The notes: a model not told the origin generated them from the letters alone. A stretch of 64,000 nt of DNA from an uncultured Clostridia bacterium (GCA_945928645.1 CAMENR010000001.1:33439-97438), one strand, 5' to 3'. Positions 27,788 to 37,295 are shown, counted from the stretch's first letter. Program-made: numbers and translations.

Positions 27788-28846
27788 TCAACTCTCGTTG
27801 CTTTCACGAAGTTTAACAACATTTGCGACTTTTCTTCGTGAGTCTTCAGAAATGGCGGCATAATGTTTCTTGGTAGTATTTACATCTCTGTGCCCAAGCA
27901 CATCTGCTACAATGTATATGTCGCCAGTTTCACGATAGAGGTTTGTCCCGTAGGTGCTACGCAGTTTGTGTGGAGTGATATGTTTTAGTGGTATGCAATC
28001 TTGACTATATTTTTTTACCAGTTGCTCCACTGCACGCACACCTATTCTTTTGTTCTGGATGGAAAGGAAAAGGGCATGTTCATCTGGACTGACAAATTCG
28101 TTGGATAGCCTTTCTTTAAGATAATTTTGCAAAGAGGTGGCTACTTCTTCTGAAAAATATAACACTGTTTGTGCTCCACCTTTTCGAGTGATTTTGAACC
28201 CATTTGTATCAAAATCTATGTCTTCAATGTTTAGCCCAACACACTCACTAACACGTATCCCTGTGCCCAACAATAAAGTTAAGATAGCAATATCTCTTGT
28301 TTTTGTAAGTTTATTGTATGATTGTTGCCTTTTGGAAAAATCTTTTGGATTTTCGGCAGTATTTAACAATTTTACTACCTCATTAACTTCCAGCCTAACA
28401 ATTTCTTTATCTCTTATCTTTGGTGTATCTATTTTGCTTGCGACATTTTCACTCAGTTTTCCTTTTTTATAAAAATACCTAAAAATACTTCTCACTGCCG
28501 ACAGTTTGCGTGCTTTTGCTCTTGAGTTGTTTGAAAAAATTTCACCAGATTTCTCATAATTTGAAAGGTAATTGAGGTATATCTCAAGATGAGTTTGAGT
28601 AATTTTACCCAAATCCTCAAGTGTTATATCCTTAACTTTTTTGCCAATAAACTCCAAGATTTCTTTTGTTAAAAATTCAAAAAAAATCTTAAGGTCTTGT
28701 GCATAGCCTACTCGAGTGAGGGGCGTTGTGGTATTTTCTATCCCTCTAAAATATTCATCGCAAAAGGAGGGAAGTTCAAACAATAATAACTTTAATTGAT
28801 TGGAATTTTTTAGATTCCTTTCTACAAAATAATTTGCATTTTTCAT
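27788..28846 (-). CDS. tyrosine site-specific recombinase (XerC/XerD/phage-integrase family)
   Basis: N-terminal SAM-like domain. Catalytic residues in GTGIRVSE, HKLRSTYGT and LGHRDVNTTKKHY (R..H-x-x-R..H..Y). Confidence 0.85.
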   Translation of the reverse strand: MKNANYFVERNLKNSNQLKLLLFELPSFCDEYFRGIENTTTPLTRVGYAQDLKIFFEFLTKEILEFIGKKVKDITLEDLGKITQTHLEIYLNYLSNYEKSGEIFSNNSRAKARKLSAVRSIFRYFYKKGKLSENVASKIDTPKIRDKEIVRLEVNEVVKLLNTAENPKDFSKRQQSYNKLTKTRDIAILTLLLGTGIRVSECVGLNIEDIDFDTNGFKITRKGGAQTVLYFSEEVATSLQNYLKERLSNEFVSPDEHALFLSIQNKRIGVRAVEQLVKKYSQDCIPLKHITPHKLRSTYGTNLYRETGDIYIVADVLGHRDVNTTKKHYAAISEDSRRKVANVVKLRESNES

Positions 28847-29001
28847 ATCATCAAAATTTTAACAATAATTTATAATTTTGTCCAACAAATTTAGTCTTCT
28901 TTGAGCAAAATAAGTGAAATTGTTATGTTAGGGCTTTCAATTTATTTTTTGGGCTCAATATTTATTTTTTTGAAATATGTTTTGAAAATTGTTTATAGAA
29001 G

Positions 29002-29030
29002 TTGACATTTTTTTATGTGTTATTTATACT
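29002..29030 (+). promoter_or_regulatory. candidate sigma-A promoter of serS
   Basis: TTGACA (29002-29007), 17-nt spacer, TATACT (29025-29030). This leaves only about a 30-nt leader. Confidence 0.5.
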
Positions 29031-29063
29031 ATACACGTATTTAATGTATAAGAGGATAAAGAG

Positions 29064-30341
29064 ATGATTTCACTAGAACTTATAAAAAAAGATAAAAAGA
29101 AAATAGAAGAATTGCTTGCAATGAAGGGTTGTGAAGTTAATTTTGACCCAGTGATAGAATGGGATAGACAACGTAGGGAGATTATACAAGAGGTAGAATC
29201 TCTTAAATCACAAAAAAACAAGGTTAGCGCACAAATTCCTGCCCTTAAAAAAGAAGGGAAGGACACCACAACTATTTTTGAAGAAATGAAATTGCTTGGC
29301 CATAAAATAGAAGAATTGGATAGGAATCTTGCCACCATAGAACAACAAATTTTTGACTTTGTTTCTGTGTTGCCTAATCCACCAGACGATGACCTTTTGC
29401 CTGGTGGAAAAGAAAACAATAAAGTATTAAGACAAGGCAACAAAAAACCAGAGTTTAAGTTTAAGCCAAAAAACCATGTTGAACTTTGCACAGATCTTGG
29501 CCTTGTTGATTACGAGCGAGGTGTAAAACTCGCTGGCAATGGAGCATGGATATATAGGGGTATTGGGGCAAGATTGGAATGGGCTTTGCTTAATTATTTT
29601 GTTGATGAACATACAAAGGACGGATACGAATTTATTTTACCACCTCATATGCTAAACTATGATTGTGGCTTTGGGGCAGGGCAATTCCCAAAATTTAGTG
29701 ATGAAGTGTATTGGATAGACAATAAAGATGAAAAATCCAAATTCCTCCTTCCAACAGCAGAAACAGCATTGGTAAATTTGTATAAAGGCGAGATTATGCA
29801 AGAAGATGAATTGCCAAAGAAATTTTTTGCATATACTCCTTGTTATAGGAGAGAAGCAGGTAGTTATAGACAAGAAGAACGTGGAATGATAAGAGGTCAT
29901 CAATTTAATAAAGTTGAAATGGTGCAATACACAACTCCGGCTCAGGGGGATAAAGCCTTTGAGGAGTTGGTAACTAAGGCGGAAAATCTTGTTAAAAATC
30001 TTGGTCTTCATTATCAAGTTTCAAAGCTTGCAGCAGGGGATTGTTCTGCCTCTATGCGCAGGACTTATGACATCGAAGTATGGATACCAAGTATGGGGAT
30101 TTATAAGGAAGTTTCTTCTGCATCTAATGCTGGAGATTATCAAGCAAGGAGAAACAACACTCGCTATAGAGATTCCAAAACCAAAAAGACAGAATATGTC
30201 TATACTCTCAATGCAAGTGGGTTGGCAACATCAAGATTGATTCCTGCAATCGTTGAACAATATCAAAATGCTGACGGCAGTGTAACTGTGCCAGAAGTAT
30301 TAAGGAAATATCTTGGCGGATTGGAAGTTATAAAAAAATAA
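29064..30341 (+). CDS. serS: seryl-tRNA synthetase
   Basis: N-terminal coiled-coil arm and class II motifs (FRREAGSYRQEERGMIRGHQFNKVE, TLNASGLATSR). Confidence 0.95.
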   Translation: MISLELIKKDKKKIEELLAMKGCEVNFDPVIEWDRQRREIIQEVESLKSQKNKVSAQIPALKKEGKDTTTIFEEMKLLGHKIEELDRNLATIEQQIFDFVSVLPNPPDDDLLPGGKENNKVLRQGNKKPEFKFKPKNHVELCTDLGLVDYERGVKLAGNGAWIYRGIGARLEWALLNYFVDEHTKDGYEFILPPHMLNYDCGFGAGQFPKFSDEVYWIDNKDEKSKFLLPTAETALVNLYKGEIMQEDELPKKFFAYTPCYRREAGSYRQEERGMIRGHQFNKVEMVQYTTPAQGDKAFEELVTKAENLVKNLGLHYQVSKLAAGDCSASMRRTYDIEVWIPSMGIYKEVSSASNAGDYQARRNNTRYRDSKTKKTEYVYTLNASGLATSRLIPAIVEQYQNADGSVTVPEVLRKYLGGLEVIKK

Positions 30342-30370
30342 TTTTGATAGCAAGTTTTGAAGGGAAGGTT

Positions 30371-31252
30371 ATGGACAGAGAAACGATAATTCGGTTATCT
30401 CAACTAAAAAACAAAGAAAAAGTGCAGGACTTTTATACAAAAGCCCTGTCCTTTTTAACTGCATCATTAAGTGAATTGGTTGATAGCAGACTGGTCCAAA
30501 ACTTTGATGAATCTACTACAAAAATTTTTCCTATGGGAGAATATACCAACAACACCTTTATAGATGAACTTGGAGAATTGGAAATTGTTGTAGCATCATC
30601 AAACCCACAACTTGTGCTTTCCAATGCTATCCTAACCAAACATAATAGCAAAAAACAAGAGCAAAGATTTTTAATTACAGGGACTTATGCCGACATAATA
30701 CCAAAATTAGCTCAAATTATGTCGCAATATTTTGCTGAGAAAACAATGTTTTTGCTTGTTGATGACGGTCTAAAAATCTTTTGCGCCAATGAATTTGGGT
30801 TTAAGATTTTGATTAGGTTTGCCACCTATCTGGAGGGTGATGAAAATGCTATTTTGTCATTTTGGAATCCTCTAAAGAATTGCAGTGAACAAGTTAATTT
30901 GTTTGCTTATAACGAGCAAATGGACTTAAAAGATAGTCTTACCAAAGGAAATTATAAAAAAATTGTTAGAATATTCAAAAATATACGAAAGACAATCCTT
31001 ATAAATAAATGGATGACAGCCAGTCAAATGAATAAATATTTCGTAGAATTGATTATTTATAATATTCCAAACACATTGCTTATGGGCGATGAGATAGGGA
31101 AGATTTTTTACAAATGCCTTAATTTTCTTCAAAATTGTAGTATTTCAAAATTTACTTCTTTTGACGGGAAACCCCTTGATTCATTTACTCTTGCAGAAAT
31201 TAGTTATGCAAATATAAAGACTTTTCTGCATTATATATCCAAAATTATATAA
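30371..31252 (+). CDS. hypothetical protein, possible Pol-beta-superfamily nucleotidyltransferase fold (SMODS/CD-NTase-like?) with ExE in place of DxD
   Basis: PMGEYTNNTFIDELGELEIVV aligns by eye with the G[SG]-x9-13-[DE]h[DE]hhh NTase signature. Later WNPLKN...KGNYKKIVRIFKNIRK resembles the helical lid. ATG 30371 lies behind GAAGGGAAGG, 27 nt after the serS stop. The family call is tentative. Confidence 0.45.
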   Translation: MDRETIIRLSQLKNKEKVQDFYTKALSFLTASLSELVDSRLVQNFDESTTKIFPMGEYTNNTFIDELGELEIVVASSNPQLVLSNAILTKHNSKKQEQRFLITGTYADIIPKLAQIMSQYFAEKTMFLLVDDGLKIFCANEFGFKILIRFATYLEGDENAILSFWNPLKNCSEQVNLFAYNEQMDLKDSLTKGNYKKIVRIFKNIRKTILINKWMTASQMNKYFVELIIYNIPNTLLMGDEIGKIFYKCLNFLQNCSISKFTSFDGKPLDSFTLAEISYANIKTFLHYISKII

Positions 31253-31912
31253 GTCAGAAAAGATTGATAGATTATTTAACTACAAAATAAATTTTTATAT
31301 TTTGGAGTAGGTTAGGTGCTATGCAAACAATATTAAGTGCTATGCAAAATAACTACAATTCATACTACTATGCAAACTTTCAAACAAATCAAATAGATTT
31401 TTATAAAAAGCAACTAATTATTACATTTGTTTAATTTGATTTATTTAGGCTATATCATAAAAAACTATAAATTTTATATTGTGTTATAGATAGTATGCCA
31501 TTTTTTTTTGCAATTTAATATGATATAGAATTATGATATAGAATATTATCGGAAATAACACAAAATTTTGAATATTTTTTGTAGAGCAAACAAAGGTTTA
31601 TTTATATCATTTTTTTTGCAAATTTACAATGAATAATCCTTCATATAAAAATAGAAATTCTGTCTCAGACAACTTTTATGAGATGTTATTTTTGCAAAAA
31701 AATAAAAATCTCACACAGATTATATTTTTTTATGCAAATTTATGAGATGTTTAGATACAGGATTTTAATCAAATTTATATAAAATACAAAATAATAAATC
31801 ACATAAAATCAATCAAATATTAAAAATTTTTATAAAAACCTAGATAAATAATGATATTTTAATAAAAAACAAATTTTTGTAAAAAATGGTAAAAAGTAGC
31901 AAAAATTACACC

Positions 31913-31946
31913 AACTATTCGCAAAACCTGTGTTTTGCGAATAGTT
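31913..31946. other. perfect 15-bp inverted repeat with 4-nt loop
   Basis: AACTATTCGCAAAAC (31913-31927), CTGT, GTTTTGCGAATAGTT (31932-31946). No adjacent T-run on the plus strand; a weak TTTTT lies 8 nt downstream on the minus strand. Confidence 0.9.
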
Positions 31947-32132
31947 TATACGAGTTGAGAGTTGTTCTTTTTTACAAAAATTTGTTACTTTTTTATATAA
32001 CAACTTGAAAAGTAATAGTATTTTTTAATAAACAAGTTTACTATATAAATTATTTTTTAATGTTTTTTATCTATGCAGGCGGGGTTCTCTATTAAAAGTT
32101 TTTGTATGTTAATTATTCTAAAAACTTTTGTG

Positions 32133-32804
32133 TTAATACATAGTCAAGAGGAAATTATAATTTTTTAGCAATTCCCTGCTCGTTTTCCAGTTTGGGCAAA
32201 TTTTTTCTAGTTCATAGTAAAATTTTTTGGAATGATTCATTTCTTTTAGATGTGTAATTTCATGATAAATAACAAAATCTATTATTGATTGATTAAGCAT
32301 TGCCAGTCGCCAATTAAATTTGATTAAGCAATTTGAGTCACAACTTCCCCACTTTGCATGAAAATCACCTATATAAACTTTCGAAACATAGGCATTATTT
32401 GCCTGTGCAATTTCTTTTAGCCTTGCAGGAATAACTCTGCTTGCTATTTCTTTTACGACTTTTTTTATACATAAGTCAATTTTATTGGATGTTAGATATT
32501 TTTCTGGCACAAAAAAATACTCATCAGAAAATGAAGGTTTCTTAATTTTTTGAGAAAAAGCAAGTTTATATTCCTTACCAAAGAGCAAAATTGACTTTTT
32601 ACTCATAACATCAGCATAATTTTTACTTAATAGTTTTGCGTTGGCAATTTTGCTAGAGATTGTGCGTTCCTTGCTTTTTAGGACTTCATCTAGTTTGTTC
32701 AGTGATAAGCCATATGGGCAATAAACAGTAAGGTTCCCTAACTTATTAACAACTATCTTTATCGTTTTTCTTTTTTCTCTAACAATGCTTGCTTGTTCTA
32801 TCAT
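32133..32804 (-). CDS. YgjP/DUF45-type (M48/WLM-like) metal-dependent hydrolase
   Basis: YHEITHLKEMNHSKKFY is the HExxHx5H plus SKKF signature of the DUF45 family. ATG 32804 lies behind GAGG. Confidence 0.8.
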   Translation of the reverse strand: MIEQASIVREKRKTIKIVVNKLGNLTVYCPYGLSLNKLDEVLKSKERTISSKIANAKLLSKNYADVMSKKSILLFGKEYKLAFSQKIKKPSFSDEYFFVPEKYLTSNKIDLCIKKVVKEIASRVIPARLKEIAQANNAYVSKVYIGDFHAKWGSCDSNCLIKFNWRLAMLNQSIIDFVIYHEITHLKEMNHSKKFYYELEKICPNWKTSRELLKNYNFLLTMY

Positions 32805-32868
32805 TTTTAGCCTCAAAATAATTTTATCATATTATTCCCTTCTTTGAAAGAGATTAGTCCCTTTTTTG

Positions 32869-32897
32869 TTGACTAAAAAGAAAGTTTTTTGTAATAT
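32869..32897 (+). promoter_or_regulatory. candidate sigma-A promoter of the PadR-ABC operon with TTGTAATAT direct repeat
   Basis: TTGACT (32869-32874), 17-nt spacer, TAATAT (32892-32897). TTGTAATAT occurs at 32889 and again at 32902. Confidence 0.45.
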
Positions 32898-32969
32898 ATA
32901 ATTGTAATATTTGAAGCGTATCGTCTGAAGTATCTGTTTTTGAAATTTTATAAAAAAGAGTGAAGAATT

Positions 32970-34553
32970 ATGTCAGAAAATTTGGATAACAAGGCTCAAA
33001 GGGGTTCTATAGCACCTATTATTATCACTGCACTAAGTTCAGGGGATAAATATGGTTATGAAATATGCAAGGAGATAGAGCGTTTGTCTGGAGGCAAGCT
33101 TATTTTGAAACAGCCAAGTTTGTATAGCAGTTTGCGAAGAATGGAGGAGCAACATCTCGTTCATTCCTATTGGAAGGATAGTGAACTTGGTGGAAATCGT
33201 CATTATTATGTGCTTACAGACGAGGGGAAAAAACTTTTTGAAGAAAATAAAAACGTATGGCTTATGGAAGATTTAATATCTTCTCTTCCATCCAGCGAGT
33301 ATCAATTAAATCAAGAACAACCTGAAACCAAAAGGGCTGGGGATGTGTCTGTGGGCAGGCAAGAAACATTGTTTTCCCTTCCCTCTTCTCGCCCAGAAAT
33401 TAAAAAAATTGACGAATCTCAAGAGCAAGAAGACAACAAAAACCAATCTTTTTATCAGTTTGACCTTTTTGGACAAGATGTAAAAGCGGTTTCTAAACAA
33501 AACATAACACAAAAAATAGAGGCTTATACCAATAAATATGAGAATATGGACAATCATCAAAATGAAATTGAGCCTGCTAGACCATTGAATGAAAATGAGC
33601 CTATAGTTAGGACTTCTATATTTGATGTTGCAAAGAAGTTAAATAATAAAAATCAAGATATTTCTTCTACTCAACCAGAGGAAAAAACCCTATTAGGCAA
33701 TGCAAACAGTGCGTCATCGATAGAAAATAATAACGTAATTGAATATACAGAAGAAAAAATATCTGACCAAAAGGAATTGCCAAAAAAAGAGGAAATTTCA
33801 TGGAATGAGCCAGAAAAGGAAGATCCTATCTTTGAAAATAATGACTATAAAACTGTAATTGGCAATCTGTATAACAAATCTCAAATGACTGATCCCTATG
33901 AACAAAATAGGGCGAAAACATTTAAGGAGATATTCCCTTCTTCGCAACTTTCTGAACAATCAAAAGAAACAAGAACAAGCGAAATAGATGCTTTTGTAGA
34001 AAAAAATTCTGATAGTAATATAGATTGTAATGACCTATCTATGATTGCAAATCTATACAAACTTCAGGGGCTTGATGTAAGAAAACATAATAATGAAAAT
34101 GCCAAGTCTAATTCTAAAATTTATACAGACAAAAACAAACTTAATATGTTCACTGCATGGACAACTGCCCTATTTATGTTGTTTGAAGTGATATTTTGCT
34201 ATTTATTCCTAAACAAAGATGGCTATGTATTGCAAGGACAGAGGCTAGTTTATTTTCTTGCTGGGGCATGTGCTTGCAGTATTGCACTGGTATTTACCTT
34301 GGAAAACTTCCTAAATAGATATAGACTTATAGTTATAGAAACAAAATTTAAGCGAGAAATTACCAAACGATTATTGTTGTTCTTGTTTTCTGCAATAATT
34401 ATATTTGCAATCTGTTTGGCTTTTGGGATGAAAGATATCCTTCAGCGAGAATTTTTGAGTTATTGGCTGGTTCCTGTGTTGGTTGCTTCTAATATTGTGT
34501 TGTCTTATATAATTTTCTACCTTTTTTATAAATCCAACAAGTTTAATTATTGA
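32970..34553 (+). CDS. PadR-family winged-helix regulator fused to a long low-complexity linker and 4 C-terminal TM helices
   Basis: N-terminus IITALSSGDKYGYEICKEIERLSGGKLILKQPSLYSSLRRMEEQHLVHSYW...RHYYVLTDEGKKL is a canonical PadR. Four hydrophobic spans occupy the last about 135 aa. Confidence 0.75.
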   Translation: MSENLDNKAQRGSIAPIIITALSSGDKYGYEICKEIERLSGGKLILKQPSLYSSLRRMEEQHLVHSYWKDSELGGNRHYYVLTDEGKKLFEENKNVWLMEDLISSLPSSEYQLNQEQPETKRAGDVSVGRQETLFSLPSSRPEIKKIDESQEQEDNKNQSFYQFDLFGQDVKAVSKQNITQKIEAYTNKYENMDNHQNEIEPARPLNENEPIVRTSIFDVAKKLNNKNQDISSTQPEEKTLLGNANSASSIENNNVIEYTEEKISDQKELPKKEEISWNEPEKEDPIFENNDYKTVIGNLYNKSQMTDPYEQNRAKTFKEIFPSSQLSEQSKETRTSEIDAFVEKNSDSNIDCNDLSMIANLYKLQGLDVRKHNNENAKSNSKIYTDKNKLNMFTAWTTALFMLFEVIFCYLFLNKDGYVLQGQRLVYFLAGACACSIALVFTLENFLNRYRLIVIETKFKREITKRLLLFLFSAIIIFAICLAFGMKDILQREFLSYWLVPVLVASNIVLSYIIFYLFYKSNKFNY

Positions 34554-34568
34554 TAAGGAGTATTTGCT

Positions 34569-35510
34569 TTGACTGATAAAGTAGTATTAAGTGTAAGAGG
34601 CTTGTCCAAAAAATATGGCAAAAGAATTGCCGTCAATAATCTTTCCTTCGACATTCACGAAGGAGAGATTTTTGGCTTTTTGGGGCCAAATGGAGCTGGC
34701 AAATCTACTGCAATAAAAATGATTACTGGCTTAGCAAAGATGAAAAGTGGAGAGGTCCTGATATGCGGGTATTCAATAAAAAAACAATTTGAAAAAGCAA
34801 TCTCTCTAGTGGGGGGGATCATTGAAAATCCAGAAATGTATAACAATCTTTCGGGGAGGAATAACCTTGAATTTTATGCTCGATTATCTGGCGTGTATTC
34901 TCCACAAAAAATTGATGACGTTGGCAAAATAGTTGGATTGACCAGCCGATTAAAAGACAAAGTAGGCACATATTCTCTAGGTATGAAACAAAGGCTTGGC
35001 ATCGCACAGGCATTGTTGCATGACCCGAAGTTACTAATTTTGGATGAACCAACCAACGGACTAGACCCAGAAGGGATTGTTGATTTGAGGAAGTTCCTTA
35101 GAAGACTTGCCAATGATAGAAAAATTGCTATACTCGTTTCTAGTCACAATCTAGCAGAGATGGAATTGATGTGTGATACAGTTGGAATAATAAATTTGGG
35201 TTATATGGATAAAATTTTACACATTTCCTCAACGACCAAGGAAGATGGAGAGCAGGTTTCTATCCAAGTTAACTTTCCAAATTATGCCGGCAAGTTGATA
35301 CTAGAAAAATATGGCAAACGCAAAATTTCTATAGTTAAAAATACTATCACAGTGGACATCTCACACGATAAAATTCCGGAAATAACTGCCCTGCTGGTAA
35401 ACAATGGAATTTCTATTTACTCAATTTCAGAGAAGAAACAGAATTTGGAAAGCATTTTCCTAGAAACAATAAACAAGAGGGCCTTGCCTTCCCCAAAGTC
35501 AAATTATTAA
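34569..35510 (+). CDS. ABC transporter ATP-binding protein
   Basis: Walker A GPNGAGKST, signature YSLGMKQR, Walker B LILDEPTNGLD. TTG start lies 8 nt after AAGGAG. Confidence 0.9.
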   Translation: MTDKVVLSVRGLSKKYGKRIAVNNLSFDIHEGEIFGFLGPNGAGKSTAIKMITGLAKMKSGEVLICGYSIKKQFEKAISLVGGIIENPEMYNNLSGRNNLEFYARLSGVYSPQKIDDVGKIVGLTSRLKDKVGTYSLGMKQRLGIAQALLHDPKLLILDEPTNGLDPEGIVDLRKFLRRLANDRKIAILVSSHNLAEMELMCDTVGIINLGYMDKILHISSTTKEDGEQVSIQVNFPNYAGKLILEKYGKRKISIVKNTITVDISHDKIPEITALLVNNGISIYSISEKKQNLESIFLETINKRALPSPKSNY

Positions 35511-35519
35511 GGAGTAAAA

Positions 35520-37295
35520 ATGCAAAAAATATTTCGATTAACAAAGGGTGAAATAAAGAAGATATTTCTTAGCCCAATAATATTTGTTATGACTGCGGTA
35601 ATAATACTGGCGCTTACAATAGCACCCAAGTTTTTTACTCCAGACGAAAACATTACAACAGAATCATCCGTAACTTTAAGTGGTTATAAGGTAACAGAAA
35701 TATATAGTAGTTTTTTGAATGAATACAAATCAGATTATGAAAATTCTTATACATCTGCCCTAGTTGAATATCATAGCCTAATAGAAAATCCAAAAGATAA
35801 AGCACAATCGCTGTTATCAAAAATGAATATTATAAAACAGGCATGGACTGACTTTTTAACCAGCATTGATACTTTGGAAAATGCTTCCACCGAAGAAGAA
35901 ATTTCCACAGCGAAAAACAATAGCCTAAACAAACAAAACATTCTAAAAGAAAAATTCGTTGAAACGGAAAATTATTATACAAACCTTATTCAACAATATT
36001 CTATCCCTCTAATTTTGGTCACAGAACAAACAGATATGGATATTCAAGACAATTTGGGCAGGGCAAAATCTATATTAACATATTCCTCATCTGAAAAAAA
36101 TATTGAGTATTTTAAGAATATCAAGAATTTAATTGAAAACTTTGATTGTATAAACAAACTTGAAGATAATATAGCAAAAGTAAAGGATTTGAGTTATTCA
36201 ACCGAAATTCTGCAATCAAATTACAATTACTTTCAAACATTATCCAGCGAGAAAACCTCTACTGCGCTTGAAAAGGTTAATAGTTTAAATCAAGAGGCTT
36301 CCCTTAATGCCGAATTTGATGCCAATGAAAGCAACCAAATCCTTATGAAAAACTTAATAATTAGATATCTTTCTGCTTGTGGCAATGCAACAAAAACATT
36401 GAATAATGACCTAAAATACAATATAATTGAAGACTATGGTGATGTTGCGATGGCAAAATATGTTGGGTTTGAAGATGCAAATAGTTATAGGCTGGCAGAA
36501 GCTAAGACTAAATATTGCTATCTTTTGGAGAATGATTATGCAGACAGTGATTTAGCCTCTACCCTTTCATTTAATAAAAATTCTCATTCAGAAACCAATG
36601 CATTTGACTATATGTATTTTGCGATGGAAATTGTAAGCATTGTAATAATAACCTTTACTGTGGTTTTGGGGGCTGGAATGATTGCAAAAGAACACAGTCA
36701 GGGGACGATAAAACTTTTAGCCATAAGACCATACAAGCGCTGGAAAATTATTTTTGCAAAAACTCTCGCCACATTGTTCTTTGGCTTTGTCTTTGTATTG
36801 CTTTCAGCCATAGTAACTTTGATAACAGGTATAATTATCTATGGAATATCCTTCCCTACTATGTTAGTAGTTTTTAATGCAAGCACAGTGTTTGTTGCTC
36901 CTATATGGGCTGTATTCTTAATATACTTGGCAACTCTTATGCTAAAGATTTGGATATATGCCCTACTTGCAATAGCAATATCTACAATATTTAATTCTTA
37001 CCTGGCCTCAGTGTGCATTGCAGTTGGAATATATGCAACCAATATTATTGTTACATTTGTTTCTAGAGGTGCTACTTGGCTTAGATACAATGTCTTTGCA
37101 AATATTGATTTGTTTAAGTATTTTGGTGGAAGTTTTTCTTCGTCATACAATTCATTACAAAATCTTACAAATTTATTTTCCTCACCAGTCTTTCCAGGAG
37201 TCAATTTTAACATGTCCCTTGTCATCGTTGCCAGCATTATTGTAATATTAAATGTTGCAATGTTGACTGTTTTTAACAAAAAAGACATAGTTTGA
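35520..37295 (+). CDS. ABC-2-like permease with about 330-aa extracytoplasmic domain after TM1
   Basis: TM1 at aa about 17-40, a long hydrophilic region to about aa 375, then about 6 TM spans. Confidence 0.8.
   Translation: MQKIFRLTKGEIKKIFLSPIIFVMTAVIILALTIAPKFFTPDENITTESSVTLSGYKVTEIYSSFLNEYKSDYENSYTSALVEYHSLIENPKDKAQSLLSKMNIIKQAWTDFLTSIDTLENASTEEEISTAKNNSLNKQNILKEKFVETENYYTNLIQQYSIPLILVTEQTDMDIQDNLGRAKSILTYSSSEKNIEYFKNIKNLIENFDCINKLEDNIAKVKDLSYSTEILQSNYNYFQTLSSEKTSTALEKVNSLNQEASLNAEFDANESNQILMKNLIIRYLSACGNATKTLNNDLKYNIIEDYGDVAMAKYVGFEDANSYRLAEAKTKYCYLLENDYADSDLASTLSFNKNSHSETNAFDYMYFAMEIVSIVIITFTVVLGAGMIAKEHSQGTIKLLAIRPYKRWKIIFAKTLATLFFGFVFVLLSAIVTLITGIIIYGISFPTMLVVFNASTVFVAPIWAVFLIYLATLMLKIWIYALLAIAISTIFNSYLASVCIAVGIYATNIIVTFVSRGATWLRYNVFANIDLFKYFGGSFSSSYNSLQNLTNLFSSPVFPGVNFNMSLVIVASIIVILNVAMLTVFNKKDIV

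Noticed and set aside
26784-28846. tRNA-Trp plus tyrosine recombinase considered as an integrated mobile element
   Set aside because: Only lexA lies between them. There are no cargo, excisionase or phage genes, and I saw no duplicated tRNA 3' end that could serve as attL/attR.
28847-29063. T-box or other leader upstream of serS (and of glyQS at 38864-38878)
   Set aside because: The distance from the candidate promoter to the serS ATG is about 30 nt, and the glyQS gap is 15 nt. Both are too short for a T-box, and no T-box core sequence is present.
31321-31434. 37-codon ORF MQTILSAMQNNYNSYYYANFQTNQIDFYKKQLIITFV in the ORF-free region
   Set aside because: The SD-like AGGTG is only 2-3 nt from the ATG. 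The ORF coincides with the TATGCAAA repeats, so the ATGs are part of the motif. There is no support for translation.
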